A DNA stretch of 63,947 bases, the filler included, from Conidiobolus incongruus B7586 (taxonomy: Eukaryota), in the NCBI GenBank assembly GCA_000697335.1. It is 7 parts of 7 records of this genome, joined end to end, with 100 filler letters (N's around TTAATTAATTAA, not from the genome) between each part and the next. Parts side by side here need not be neighbours in the genome. Positions count along the whole stretch, not along the records: positions 7,129 to 31,211 come from JNEM01006150.1; 6 more parts are not named here. The stretch is one strand, 5' to 3'. This document shows positions 14,001-29,046 of this stretch, piece after piece. Within the stretch, counting starts at the first letter, position 1; every line of letters begins with the position of its first letter. A model generated the notes under the pieces. It was given only the letters and a program-made list of their open reading frames with translations, did not search any database and was not told the DNA's origin. The translations under genes and the position numbers were made by a program.

Positions 14001-14970
14001 TTTTTTAAATAGTACAGTTTGGATGGATAAGAATGTAAGCATAAACCAAATTGAAGAAATAGCCAATAGTGATTAAGTTAATGAATTGTTGAAGTAACGA
14101 GATGGAATTTGGTTAAATTTTAATTGATTAGCAAAATCAAATTAATGTCTAAGGCATTGACTGTTTCAGCTTGTGACGATTTGACTGCAGATTGCAATTG
14201 GTGAATGGAAGTGATTGGCCAGACCTTATGAAAAGCTTTACATTTCAAAGCTGAAATTGGCCATTGGCTACTTTTGACAGTCAGAGCTCTGCCATCCATC
14301 ACGCCCAATCGATTGTTTTTTTGCCCGACGACAAATCGTTTTCAATTAAGTCCATATTATCAATGATAATCGCAAGTTAATTATAATTCAGCAAGTCTGT
14401 ATCCAGAGTCTTAAAATAGAATCTGAAAAAAAATGTTCGATTAACAAGTATTTCCAAGAGTTATAACAATTGATGAAAAAATTCAAGTTTTTACATTCAG
14501 TATTTCTATAAGCTGAAGTTGAGGTAACTGTAATGCTAATAAATGGAAAATTTCAGGATTGATGAATTAATTTGATTGGTTAATCAATTGTCAATATTAA
14601 TATATTCAATAAAAATTCGGATGAAAAAATTATTAATTTTGAATAATAGAAGTTTATTAATTATAATTTACAGTAGAATGATGAGCGTTGAGGGAATAAA
14701 AATTAAAATTATGGAGGGAAAGAAGGGAAGGATTTTAAATAATATAGAAATAAGATCCTGGTTATTTTGTACATTATTATGTTGATCTTATTGGTGAAAT
14801 TGGATTTCCTGCCAATTTATGGTGATGTGTTTGATTGCGTTTAAATGGCCTTACTATACTAACTCAAGTTGATTATATTTGAAACAGTGAAGGCCGATTT
14901 TAATCGCCTATTTGATGTTTTGATGCAATATTCTTGAGGGGGAATATCACTATTAATTAGATTAGATGAT

Positions 14971-15765
14971 TTAAAAGTTTTCACTATGGTGAGGAAGAGG
15001 AGCGTGAGCAGGATATAGTGAACCGATGTGTTGATGCTGATTGCGGTAGATTTGAAGAACATTGACTTGTGATTGAGCCCTTCTGCACTTCTTAGAAGAG
15101 AGATGGCGTTTGTAAATGTCGCTTCTGTAGAAGGATTTTTGGCAAGTGACACAATTGTAGGGCCTCAAGTTAATATGAGTCAAGACATGACGGCGCATAC
15201 TGTTCTTGCGACTGAATTCAGCACCACAAACTGGACAGCCGAAGACGGGTTCGTCAGGGTTGCAAGGCTTAATCTTGCTATTAGTTTTTGGTTCAACAGG
15301 AGTATCTTCAGATCCTTCAGTGCTGCCCTCTTCCTTGGGGGGAACTGGAAGGGATTTGCTCTTTCTTGCAGGCTTGGATCTGGTAGGAGTGGTTGGGCTG
15401 TTGACCAAGAAAGGAGAAGGCATACCGAGGAAGATGCTGGGGTCGAAATTTTCGAATTCTGCTGTTTGAGGTGAAGTTTCAGATGATCCATCACTGTAGT
15501 AAGGTGTGAAGTTTTGAGCAGGATTATGATACAAGGGATGAGATTGATCAATATTGGACGGAATGCTGATGGTGGGAGAGGCAAAGTTGGAGAATATGGG
15601 AGAGAATTGATAATCAAAAGGTTGAGTCAATGGGTTGGCAGTCATAGGCATAGGAGGGTATTGAGAAGGGCTGAATTCAGCCTTAGCTGGAGAACATGGG
15701 GCAGAGGGATTAACGTTGATGAAGAGTTGAGGATGCATGTTGGGCTGAGATTGGAATCTGTTCAT
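14971..15765 (-). CDS. C2H2 zinc-finger transcription factor (264 aa)
   Basis: Pro/Ser-rich N-terminus, then finger 1 FGCPVCGAEFSRKNSMRRHVLTH, linker INLRPY, and finger 2 CVTCQKSFYRSDIYKRHLSSKKC. It forms a GC-rich island. A TATATAAA lies ~155 nt upstream on the minus strand (~15920-15927). Confidence 0.93.
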   Translation of the reverse strand: MNRFQSQPNMHPQLFINVNPSAPCSPAKAEFSPSQYPPMPMTANPLTQPFDYQFSPIFSNFASPTISIPSNIDQSHPLYHNPAQNFTPYYSDGSSETSPQTAEFENFDPSIFLGMPSPFLVNSPTTPTRSKPARKSKSLPVPPKEEGSTEGSEDTPVEPKTNSKIKPCNPDEPVFGCPVCGAEFSRKNSMRRHVLTHINLRPYNCVTCQKSFYRSDIYKRHLSSKKCRRAQSQVNVLQIYRNQHQHIGSLYPAHAPLPHHSENF

Positions 15766-18700
15766 TGTTGATATATGAAAATTAGCCGAAAGTTGAAATT
15801 AAATAAATAAAAGGTGAGCTATTAAAGCGTTATAAATAAAATCAGCTAAAACTGTATAAGAGAATAGATTAGTGAATCAAATGAATTTGCTTGCTTCTTC
15901 TCTGTACCATCGGTTGAGTTTATATATGAATTTAGACCTGAATTTTTCACCCATCAGTTGCTATCATTGATAGTGATTCTATCACCGCATGAATATTATT
16001 TAGAATAAATTCGTAACGTTGAAATCCATGTAGAGTGTGGATGCATACACACACCTCTTTTAACAAATCATTATCAATTGCCTTTGTGCTTCAATCAATT
16101 GACCAATCAAATCAATTTCAATATAATTGAAAATTTTGCAAGTTAATTAGTATTGCAGTGGACCAAATTGGAAATTTTAAAGGTGAAATTTTCAGTGATC
16201 TCATTGGTGATAGCTTAGTAACCTAGCACCAAATCAAATTAGGAAAAATTTGAATTTATGCAAAAAGTGTGATTATTTGAATATATTTCGGTCACCCAAC
16301 CACAAATAAGGAAATCAAGATATCCAATGAGTTTCGATTTGTCACTGTCTTATTACGGATTTCATGTAAATTTTAGATCAAAAATTTACCTTAATTTTGC
16401 AAAAAATGGATAGCTATTAATACTGCTCCAGTAGATGGATCATGAGACGATTGCAATGAAAACTCGAAATTATAGCATTTTTAGCAAGGGATATATAAAT
16501 TTATCAGAACTTTCATTTAGATTCATATAACATAATTAAACACAGGTTTCAGATTTACCTTGATCATAAGTGATACTTTTGTCATTTAGCCCAGAAATTA
16601 TAGTGATATTGTATTATATTCCTATAAAGTCACGGGAGTAAAATCTCATATCATTGGTTATTTTTTTTACATGCTAAGATTTATGATCGTTTTAACTCTT
16701 GTAAAATGTTTCATTAGTTCATATATATAATATTACACATAATATTAATTATTTAAGTAGTTGTTATTGAAGAGTCAGATTAGTATTGTAACATAGAAAA
16801 ATTTTGAATAATATGTTATCAATATAATAGATCTATTTTAAGAAAATTTATTTGGTAGTGATTGGGTAAATAGATTATTATAGTATGATTGATATTTAAT
16901 TAAATTGTTTTGCCACTTAAATATCACCTCATTTTTCATTGATAATAATATCAAACATATTACAATTTCAAATATAAGCTATACATAATTATTCCATTTC
17001 CTAACACTTCAAAAAGTTTTTCCATAATTTTGATATATTAGCTATGCCAGCCTTCAAATAATATTTTGTACAATAAGTCATTTTAAACTCTTAATTTGTC
17101 ATTTTTTAAGAGCATAAAATGTTGACAATATAAGTTTCCAAATTGATAATTTTGCAAGCTTTTCCAACTGACGGTATAAAAATACCTTTGATCCAAATTT
17201 GGTATTAGCGTCGCTCTATAAAGTAAAGATCCTAGTTTGATTGTAATTGCATAAAATTAATAACAAATGTTTTGCATAATTATTCTAATACAAATTCATT
17301 CCATAATTATCATAGTAAAAGAAACACATATGAGTGTAGCCTACCAGCAGTTGCTAGTAATTGATCAAGTTTGAAGTCATAGCTTGTAAACGATGAATAT
17401 AAATTTCACTAAAGAAAATCACGAACATTGACAATTTTTATGATTTTCTTTAGAATTTAGTTATAGCATAAATTTAAAATGATCGACAATTTTACAAAAA
17501 AAAATCACTTAATATAGAATTTGTAAATTTATAAATGATCAATATAGTTACTATGAATTAACCTTTTATAATAAATCATGACCTATTTTAATGTTATAGT
17601 TCAATAAATGCTGTTATTTATTTAATATACAATAAATACGTGGTTTTAATGTTTTAAAATTAAATTAATATAGAAAAATTTTGGATTCTATCAATTCACA
17701 TGGAGTTTCACCCAAATATTACTCAATACTGTTATAAAATATTTTTAAATTGATATAAACTTTTTTCTATATTGGATATAGGAATATAACTCGGTAATAA
17801 GCATTTATATTTAAATTGACAACTTAAAAAATCATTGGAAATAGTCAATATATTGATAATATTAATTAAATTTGCATTATACTATCAATGTTTTATTATA
17901 AATAAAATTTGACTAAATAAGGTCTTTTTTATGCCTACTTTCAAAAATTTGTCTTAAAGTTTTAACAAAAGAATTTTCTCCTGTTGCAATTCCCAAATTC
18001 CTGCTAAATTTTATTCTAGTTTGTTTATTGTTAAAGTGATGATTTCATTGAAGAGCCGAAAATATTGACTAAGATTATTGTAATAAATTTTCAGATTGAA
18101 ATCTCAGTTTTTGTATTTAGGGTTAGTAATTAAGATTTAAAACAAAATCATTAGAAGTACAATATACTTTAGTATCAATAAAAATACTAATCTTTGAGAT
18201 CAAGTCAACTAAAATTTCAATAAGCAACTTTATTAGTCTTAAATTTAGTGGTTTATAAGTTTTCACAGCTTTAGATTAAATGACTGTTTTAGTGCTATAA
18301 GAGCATTTAAACAATAATTGACAGTTTGGTGGATTATAAAGTTTTAAATTAATTTATTTATTGATATAACTTTCTATCGCTCTTTTTTTAAAAATAGGTT
18401 AAATGCAATATATTTGTTTATAATTATTGATATCAGTTAACAATTTATGATCTAGTTTATGTTCTATAGTTCCATATAATAACCTATTGCGATGATAATT
18501 TTACACATCAATAAATAAATTTTTACCATTTCTGTGGTAAATTTTAATATTAGTGAAATATTAGACCCGAGTATTACTGAATTTGGATTTATTTATTACG
18601 ATTTTTATTAAATTTATAAAATGCCATATAAAGTAATATATATAAGCAAAACCATATATCAAAGAATATAATATATTAATTAAAAAGGTGAAATATCGAG

Positions 18701-21700
18701 TACTTTCCAGGTACTAGACATTACATCAAAGTAATGCTGACAGATCCTATAACCTCCTTAGTTGAAATTCTACAATTAATTATCAATTCTGTCTAATAAA
18801 ATGTGGTTTTTAAATTGACCCTGGGCTTTTTTTACTCGGATTTAGCTAAAATTCAACTTTAATTGTATTATTTTATGGGAAATGTGGTTATTATTTAATA
18901 TAAGTGCGAATAAAAAGAATAAGTTAGTATTTTTATTATAAAACAAACATATTCTTTTATTTTTGTGCCATATTTTGTTTGAAATTCATATTGTTTGTTA
19001 TTAATTAAATAATTTATTTTATTATTTAATAATTATATTGTTAAAATTATCATAATATAACTAATAGTTGATATTTGCAAAGATTATATTTAGTTTTACA
19101 TAAATTTATATATATTTGTTTAAGAAATAGCTATCTAATTGATTGTATTTAACATTTGTTGAATTTAGAAAAATCTACATAAGTTATTATTGAAACAAAA
19201 GCTAAAAACAATGATAAATAATGATATATACACTATAAATATTAGCGCTTTACTATATAAGATATTTAAATTCCGATTATTATTGATCATGAAACAAAAC
19301 TACAATCAATGTTATTACCTTAGTTTCAAAAAGCATAAAATTATGCGGAATTTTACAAAGATCTATTACCTATTTAGTATTGAATTTTACTCCCATTATT
19401 AAGAAAAATTTTCGTGTAAAACTCTTAAATGGTTAAATGATTGTAAGCAAAATGTTTAGAAAATATCAATTACAACCATAAAAATATTATTTATTATGGT
19501 TCTAATAATTTTTTTGATATTATATAATATTAAATAATGTTTATATTAACAGAATATTAGCAATGATTCAACACTAATTTAGAAATCTATATTTTAAATT
19601 TTATTAATATTATTACCTAAAATAAATAATTTATAATAGGTAAATTTTATATGGTTATGCATTAAATTTTTAAAGTAATGTTAAATATTAGATGTTAAAT
19701 TAATATCATAATAGTTGATATTAGCTTGATTAAATTATATTTAGTATTTTTTAATTTAAACGGTAAAATTAATTAATATTTTTTGATTGATATTGTTAAA
19801 TTCTTGTTTAGATTTACTATTTAATATTATTACTTTAACATTTAATCAAATATGATTATATCACCTGATAAATTCTATATGCATTTGCATAATACATTTT
19901 AATATGTAGATTTATGAAGAAGCTTTTAACATTAGTCTATATATTAATTATTTTGCTAGTAAATTTTGCAATGCACAATTTTTAAAAAAAATTTTCGGCT
20001 ATTTTTTATCCGAATTTAATCACAAGTAGAATGTTTGAATTTGTTTTTACAATTGATTGTGGAGAAGTTAACAAAAGTACTTATATGTTCCCATTCTAGG
20101 AGCCAAATTGAAAAATTAATACTAGAATATTTTTAGATATATTGTCCAAATCGGACTCAATATAAAATTATAAAAATACTTAATAATGGATAGTTTTATA
20201 AAATAGTCTCATTTCCATTATTCATAAATGATTATTATAGATTAACATCAATATTTTTAAAAAAAACACTGTTTGACAAAGTTAAATATAAAAAAAGGAA
20301 ATTTTTTAAACTATAAGCTATGCATGCGAAAAAACCCAAAAAATTGAATCAATATTTTTCCGGAATTCAAATTAATATGTATGTTTCTAAATGATGGTAA
20401 TGTTGGTTCATAATATAAATAGAATAATCTATAAAAAAATCTAGTTACAATAATTTAATTTGTATACATATATTTTGTTTTTGCTTATCATAATTTATTT
20501 CAGTAACTCACAGTATTGTAATATATTTACCAAGGTACCAAAAAGCTTTTGAGAAAATTCATAAGAATTTTGATTATACATAATTTGTAAGATGTTCGGA
20601 GACAACTTAACCATTTGTAGAGAAATTGTGTATAGAACGTGAGAAAAAATTACGGTAAACTGTTTAAAATTAGTCTGACGTTATTGATATATAGTAATTT
20701 CATTGGTTGGAAACTTGAACAACTGGTTACTCTGTAACTTTTGTTGAATTCGTCACTGGTTGATAGGCATCCATCCTTCCAATTAGGGAGAAACTTTACA
20801 GGTATTATCGACGGACTCAAATTCATTGATCATTTGATCACTTATTGAATATTTAAAACAAATTTCGGATTCAAAAGGGAGTAATTTAATAAATTTTTCC
20901 GATTTTAAAAGCAAATTTTATTAAAATTAGTTGAAAATATACTCAAAGTTTGGATAAATTGATAATTAAGTGAAAAAACAGCTTGTGAATTATGATTTTA
21001 AGGGTTCGTTATAACATGATTTATCATATATTTATTCAATCACCTCAAATTGAACAGTCGGACGAATTTTTAAATTTGTCACAGTATGAAAATTACTCTG
21101 ATTTTTACCTACCATATGGTTTAATGAGATGTTAATGAATTATTATAAGTGATTTTGATATACAATATTTATTAATTAGAGAACATTATGTTTATTTGGG
21201 CAAATTCCGATATAATATGTTCTTCAATGGCTAGACTTTTAATTGAAAATATTGTGAATGATAAGTTTTATGGCAACATTGTTGAGTAATTCGGATGATT
21301 TTGATGATAATTTTTATTAATTGAATTATCCTTAAGTACCATTATAACTAGTTTCTCTTCATTTATGATTTCAAATAAACATTTTTAATTTTGTTAACGT
21401 TGGTGTATTAGCCTCATCCTTGAAATAAAGTGAATATTTTCAAGGATTGGGCCTGGAAGTGTTACTAAAATAGATCTAGATTTAATTTGTATCTAATCAA
21501 AGGACTGTTACAAGGCTTAATACCCTCACTTTTGGAAGTTTCAGTTATCCGTTTCGATATTTTAAAGTCGTAATTATTATTTTCAAACATTTAGCAAATA
21601 TTGGGCTATCATTGACGAATAAAAAAATTTATAATAATGTGAGGATGTTTTAATTAATTGGAACAAAATTCAATGAAACATTCGGATGAATTTTACTCTT

Positions 21701-24700
21701 TTATTACAGGTATAGGAAATAATAAAAACGAAAATAACTTAGTTGAAAATAGTTGTATTTAATTTGAACAACTGATATATATTAATTTCTATTTAAAAGT
21801 TGTTTCTATATTTCTGCAACTCATACATCAAGTGCTCTTAGCAAAAATCAGAAAAAAATTAAATATATGCATTTGAAATCATTTTTGAGTTCAATACATT
21901 CTGATATTAAAATATTATTATTTGAATATATATAACCTCAAATACACATTCCAGTTTATAAATATTAACAATAAAAAAACCAAAATAGTATATGCAATAT
22001 TAATTATTTAATATATTAATAGGTAAATTGAATTATAATTTTAATAAAATAAAATAAAAATTTCACCTTTAATTGAAATTAAAAATTTTTTTAATAATGC
22101 AAAAAATAAATTTTTTTTGTAATTTTTCAAATTAAATAAAATGAAATTCCGGATTTGAAATAAAATTACCGGAAAATTTCAATTTATAAAAAACTTTTTT
22201 TTGCAAATTTTCAATAATGGATCTTTTAAAAATTTAAACATACATGCAAATAAAAAACTTGAAATGGATTAAATTTATGCATAAAAATTGCAAATCTGAT
22301 AAATAAAAGTTAAATTTCGGTATAAGATAAATTTTTACCAAAATGGATATAATTGAAATACGCCGACCCAATTAAACTGAACCATCCGCTCAAAGTTCAA
22401 CAAAATACCTGATTGATTGAGTTTTGTATTACTAATGCACTTGAATTTGCTCTCATAGTTATGTTTGAGTGAATATTGTAGGGGATTAATATGGAAATAG
22501 TCTATTGAATGCACTTGATTTTCTAACGTATTGCGCAAGTATCTTAAAATCGTCTATCCATCATGCCTTGATGGATTATAATTGATAACTCTATTTGGCT
22601 TTGAACCATACCTTAATAGGCAAGCTCCTAACTGGGCTCTAAGATTTAGTTTAAAAATCGAAACTTAAGAATTCGTCACACCAATTCACTAGTTAAATTT
22701 ATTTTAAGATTTAAAAAAAATCGATCAAAACAGGTTGAAAACTAGAAAATTCGATTTTCAAGTAATTAAAATAATAGCTAGTAACATTGAATGACCTAAA
22801 TTGAGTACCTTCCAAGGTTTCTGATATTTTTCCAAGTATTAACCGTTAAACTGTATTAAATTAAATAATTTAAGTTATTTTTAAACCTTTAAGATGTCAT
22901 TTATTTGCCCTAAGAACCTCATATTTAATTATTAATTGCCCAACTGCTACAAAATCTATCATATTAATATATTCATATTTGTTTATTTTGATTTTTATTT
23001 AATTAATAGTTGGCGATATTTTTTCTTTTTATTATTAGTATTATTCCATATTGTTAAAATTGGTACACAGTTTTTTTAATATTACATGTGTATTTTATGA
23101 ATTTAATTAGGAATGCTTTGCAATATTAAAAAAGTAGATTAAAATTTTTCTTTTTATTCTATTTTAATATTAATACCTAGTAAAACCCCTTAGATGGTAT
23201 AATTATATTTTATCTCTACAATAAATGATTAATTAATCTGTTATTACTAAGGAAAATTAATAATAAACTTAGAAAAATAGAATTAACAATTAAGTATTAA
23301 TTGATATATTAAAATCCCTTTAGAATTGATAAATTTTTGACAACTGTATTCTCTTGAATATATTAATTGAAAAGTGATAAATATTAATGTATCATTTGTC
23401 TATCTATGAATATTCAATAATACTTAATTTATGCAGTTGACAAATTTAGTAATATATTACCGTCAACTAGTAATCTTATGCTTAACTAATTTTAGTAAAA
23501 TATAGAATATAAGATGCACTTTTAATAATAAATCTATTCCATTTTATTATTTAATTTAAAAGATGGCTTTTTTATTATATAAGTTTAATAATTTTATCAT
23601 TTATATTACAAAATAATACATTTAAATAATTTTTTTTAGAAAAAAACAATATTTAATTTAATCTTCGCAGCAAAATTTGGTTACCTTAATTTGGCAATAT
23701 GCATTTTATTTAAAATTAATATATGATTTTTAACCACAGTTTTTTTCATCATAATTTATCAATTATGAGTTATTTATAGTCAGATTGATTAATTGAAATT
23801 TTAAAATATGCAAAATTATTTATATTTTGAAAATTGATTAATCCATATATTGAAAAATTATGAAAGGGACATATTTTTTCTTCAAATAATTATATATTTA
23901 AAAAAATGCAATATAAATAAGTTTTTATAAAATTTCTTAATTAATATTATTTTAAGTTTATTTTAAATTTATTTGAAAATAATGAGAAAATAGTTAAATA
24001 AAATAATGAGAGAGAAGAAAAAAAATATTATTAATTAATAATCCGTATATTAGAATAAATTAAATTATTATTAATTTCATTATATATTATTTCAAATTAC
24101 ATAATAATTATTAGGCACAAAAGATCAGCTTGCCACTCAACATTAGAATCAGTGATTTATAATACTAATTAACTGTATTAAAATAATTAAAGATTATCAA
24201 TGCAAAGACTAGCACGCGATAAAGCACGTTAAAGATATTATCCACTTCATTAACAAAGTGTTACCCCATACTTTAGAGTGATCGGAGTTCATTTCCGTCT
24301 ATCTGTTTATAACTATTTTGAGTTTTTATATTCTTAATTTGAATTATATTATACAAATTTTATAAAAAATAAATTTATTTATTATTAATTTTTATTTATT
24401 TAAAATAATAAATTTTTTAATATTAATAATTTAAAATTTTAATTATCGGAAAAAAAAATAATAATAATAATTAAAATTAAATAAATTTTATAAATTAATT
24501 ATTATTTTAAATAATTCGGTTATATTAATTTTAGATTTTTATATAATATCTTTATTTATTATAATAATTTTCTATTCTTTTTAATAGATAATTCACAGTT
24601 TTGGAAATATTAATATATTAAATTAATTCAACTTATTGAACGATAGAAAATATGGTCCCAAAATAAAGGATCAAAGAGTTCACTAAACATTTTTTAAATT

Positions 24701-27607
24701 TTAATCACCTCATTATGATTTCATAAAATAAAAAAAACAGAATCAATTTATATTTGATTTAATTACTATAATATTTATTATATTTTATTATCATCGAAAT
24801 TCATTATAAATAAACATAAATTTTAGTCTAATTAATAAAAATTATTAAATTTTAAAAAATTATTTTTTTTTATTAATTAAAAATCAAAATTACAAACTAA
24901 ATTAAATGCAAAATTTTAATTTAATATTTTTATAAATTTAAATAATTTTTTATGCAATTTTTAATTTTCGAAAAATATTAGGATAATTAATTCGTGTAAA
25001 CTTTTTAATTATAATAAATTGATTACATTGCATATTTTGTAATCGATTTGGCTATTTTTAGAAAACCGAGTGGATAAATAACTTAATCTGATGATTAAAA
25101 AGTTTAATTTTTGCAATTAAATAAAGTAATAAAATGTTTTATGTAATATTAATTAGTTGAATATTGTTATAGTATATTTCATCATAGTAATCTTTAAATA
25201 TTATTTGTTACTATTCCCAATAATTCAGGAAAAGTACTGCATATTAATATTTTACTAAATCATGAATTATATTTTGAGTTCCGATATTAATCAAAAAATC
25301 AAAATGGGTTTATAACTTTATTGTGATTAATTATTACTAATTTAATATAATTTAATAATAATGATTTTGAAATTGAAATATATTTAGAGATCTTTTAAAA
25401 ATTTCCTTATTAATACATTTTTTAAATCATATTAAAATATATCTTGTAGCAAAATAAAATGAACCCCCTAATCTACATTGAAAATAATATAATTATATTG
25501 ATGAAGTGATGAATATAAATTTATAGGGATATGAATATTGTATTATTTTGAAATTTACTAACACTACTAGATGAATCTATAATATAAATAACTATCAGTG
25601 AAAAATAGTTACTAAAATAAATTTTTAAGGTATATCATTTATTTTATGCAATTCTCAAAATACTTCTTCAAATTAAAAAATTATTTAATTTAATTAAAAT
25701 ATTAACTTAGAATTAATAATAATAGCAATATTATTAATCAATTTGAAATTTTATAAAATTCACTCAAATAATATAATTCAAATTAATTTTATATTAATTA
25801 TGCATGAAATAATATTCATAAAATTATAGAAAATTTTAAAATTTAATTAATTTAATATTTATGATATTCTAAAATATAAAACAAATTACTCAATTACTAG
25901 GATTAGTAATGATACTAGTTCAAGTTATAACTATTTGACCGAGTAACTGTTTTTTAATTTATATATAGTTTTATAAATTTCCCGTTTTTTTCAATTTAAT
26001 CAATTGAACTTCTTATTCGAATGTAAATATCTCATTTAATATATTAATATAAAAATTATATAATTTTAAATTATTATAAATTTATAATTGATAATATTTA
26101 TTATGTTGATTTAAAAAAATTATTAATATTTTTTATTTTTATTGAAAGAAACATTTTCCAAAGTTTCCAATTAAGAAATTTATAAAATATTGTGAAACTT
26201 TAATAAGTTTATAACTTGACAAAATTGGTTAAAGTATAAACGAAAAAAATATAATTAAATCAATTTTATATATTGTAAATTTAAATACAAAACATGGTGT
26301 AATTACCAGTGGAAAAATCATTATAAGTTCACAAAAATTCTAAGTTTCACCATTAATTATAAACGCTTAATATTTTAATAGTTTCTCAAGCATTTTTGAT
26401 TATAAAATCAACTATTTGGGTAGTAAAAATATACATATTATACCTCCGAAAACTTGGTTATACAACGTATTAGAATTACAATATTTAAATTGGTGCTATT
26501 AGTTCTTATTATATTTAACTAAATTCATAACAGTTGTATTATCTGAAACTTTACACTATATTCACTTCGGATCAAAATCACAATATTTGCACAATAAATT
26601 GCTAACATTTTCATTTTCGATTTGTAATAAAAGGATTGCACAAACCTGATTCTTCATTGATTAACATGGAATGATTAAGGAATTGCTAGATTAATTAAAT
26701 TATTAAAACTATTTAAACATTATGATCTATCTAATTAAATTTGTATTTTCAATTTCGGAACAATATGATTTCTATAATCATTAAAATTATTATTTCCAAG
26801 TAATTAATTAACTTGTTACTGAATCCAAAAATAAACCTAATAATAATATTTTATTATAATCCTGTATTTTTTAAAATTAATTATAATAAAAGATTAATTA
26901 TCCCATAAATAAAATTTTCAATTTAAATATAAATTATATTTATAATATATTTGCAAAAAAAGCTAAACTTCTTAATAATTAAAATACATAAATAAATAAA
27001 ATATTGAAAATAATTATATTATAATAATTAATTAATAAATATATTTTCAAAGTCACTTTTAAATAATAAAATTAAGTAAAATTTTATAATAAGTTTGAAT
27101 AACTGTTTATTACCAAATTATAATATATTTTGAAATAAAAATAATTTTAATATTTTTCAAATGTACTCTCTTATAATTTATATTTAAAATAATTTAATAT
27201 AAATTAAAACAAATTATTTAAAATTGTTATATTGTTTAATTTAATGTTCATATTTGATTTTGTTTAACTAATTTATAAAAATTCAAAATTTGATGAGTAC
27301 AATAATAAAATTTCAAAGATATTGTCTTGAATATTAAAATCTTAGCTTAACAATAAAGGGAACAATTATGTAAATTTTTCAAAATTGCGGTTTTTTAATT
27401 TTGAAATTGTATAAGATATTTTGGAATAGCGAAAAAGAGTGAATCAATAAATAATAAATAAATTAATATATTTGGAGTATAAATTGTTATAGATGATAAT
27501 AAATTAATAATTTATTCAAAAGAAAATAAATATTATTTGAATTGAATTGAATTGTATTAATATAATATAGATTAAATGGAAACTGATTTAAAGTACAATT
27601 ACCTCAC

Positions 27608-28201
27608 TCAGAGAGGGCCTACAACTTTACCATTCTCGATTTTGTTATTCATCCAAATATACCAATTCAGCTGAGATGCAATACAAATCCAAACCATATA
27701 GGGAATCAACAAAACACCAGCTCTCCAATCTACTATTAAGAACAGTATCAAAGTTATTCCAACTAAGCAGTCCAATATGATAATAATGACAAATCCAATA
27801 TCCACCCTACCTGCTGCAAAGAATACGGGACTCCATGCAATATTGATAATTAGTTGGACCCAGTACAAGAGCATAGCACATCCAATTAGTGTTTTGTTTC
27901 GAGGCTTTTCTAATCTTCCATTATGCACATATCTCCTTTGCACTAGATAGTATGCTAATCCCATCATCATATACCAAAGGGACCAGCATAGTGGGAATAC
28001 CCAGTTTGGGGGATTTAATGGTGATTTGTTCGCTGAAATATACCATGTTTCCAAAGCAGTACTATTCCCCAGGCTGGAAAGGAATCCAAGTGCAAGTGGA
28101 ATTAGCATTGATACCCAGAAGGGTAGGACTGGGAATTTATTATTGATGGTTAGTTGGATGTAGTAACTAAAATGATTACTGATTTTTGTAATGATACTCA
28201 T
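27608..28201 (-). CDS. TspO/MBR family translocator protein, paralogue 1 (197 aa)
   Basis: Motifs WY...NKSPLNPPNWVFP..W..WY.MMGLAYY, QLIINIAWSPVFF and AGVLLIPYMVW...A..LN; five hydrophobic segments. Confidence 0.95.
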   Translation of the reverse strand: MSIITKISNHFSYYIQLTINNKFPVLPFWVSMLIPLALGFLSSLGNSTALETWYISANKSPLNPPNWVFPLCWSLWYMMMGLAYYLVQRRYVHNGRLEKPRNKTLIGCAMLLYWVQLIINIAWSPVFFAAGRVDIGFVIIIILDCLVGITLILFLIVDWRAGVLLIPYMVWICIASQLNWYIWMNNKIENGKVVGPL

Positions 28202-29046
28202 TGTAAATTCTTAAATTTCAAAAATATTAATGCTTCAACTGAGATATTAACTCAGTTTATATACTGTGATAACTAATACATCTAATACAAATTAAATTTA
28301 ATCCACGGATCGTAATTCAAATAATTCATCGTCATTTTTATAATCTCGATCGATAATGTAAAATTAAATATTGAAAATTTTTAATTATTTTGATCGATTT
28401 TAAATTTTAATTTATTTTTAGTTAATTTTAAAGTATTAAAATCGAAATTAAATAAATTTGAGATGAAAAATAATAGAATATTCTACTTTTTATTTTAAAA
28501 TTTTTATATATTAAAATAAAATAAAATAAATATTAAATAATAAATTATTAATATGTTGGATAAATTATAGGATGATATCGATCTTTAAAATCGAATTATA
28601 ATAATATATTTGAATTTGAATAAATTAATAATCTTGATCAACACTTGTTATTAAATATAATAAACTTTATGGAGCATTTCAAATACTTATGAGCTATATT
28701 ATTGCTGGATTAAGACAACTGTCTAAATATACTAATTAAGCCCATTATTAATATACTACATCAATCAGATATATTTCAATAATCAGACATATTTATTAAG
28801 AATTTGGTATTAATTTCATATTTCATATACTGCTCTTATAATATTCAAAATATTTTAAATTTCTTAATTATAAATTTTTTTAAATAAAACTTAAAACAAT
28901 ATATATTATTTATTAAAATTTTTAAATATTATACGTTTATTAAAATTAAATAATTAATTATAATTTTAATAATAATTTTATAAATTATTATATTAAATAT
29001 AAATTATTTTTATAATATAGTAATAATTCTTTATTAAAAAGTTGAA

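Noticed and set aside
14120..14785. Short ORFs 14120-14308 and 14576-14785 (also 19190-19402, 22335-22538 and 50427-50639)
   Set aside because: Non-ATG starts, no motifs and composition like intergenic DNA.
14859..15771. ORFs overlapping the zinc-finger gene, and similar ones inside TspO, CSL, Med23 and the secreted-protein gene
   Set aside because: Shadow or alternative-frame ORFs of real genes.
20638..20645. CSL consensus site CGTGAGAA (also TGTGGGAA on the minus strand at ~100-107, and ATGGGAA upstream of CSL at ~34315-34321)
   Set aside because: A few isolated 7-8-mers in 64 kb are compatible with chance, with no clustering or paired sites.
24230..24305. Possible tRNA or tRNA-Sec around GGAGTTCATTTCC
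   Set aside because: No acceptor stem, D-arm or anticodon arm could be folded.
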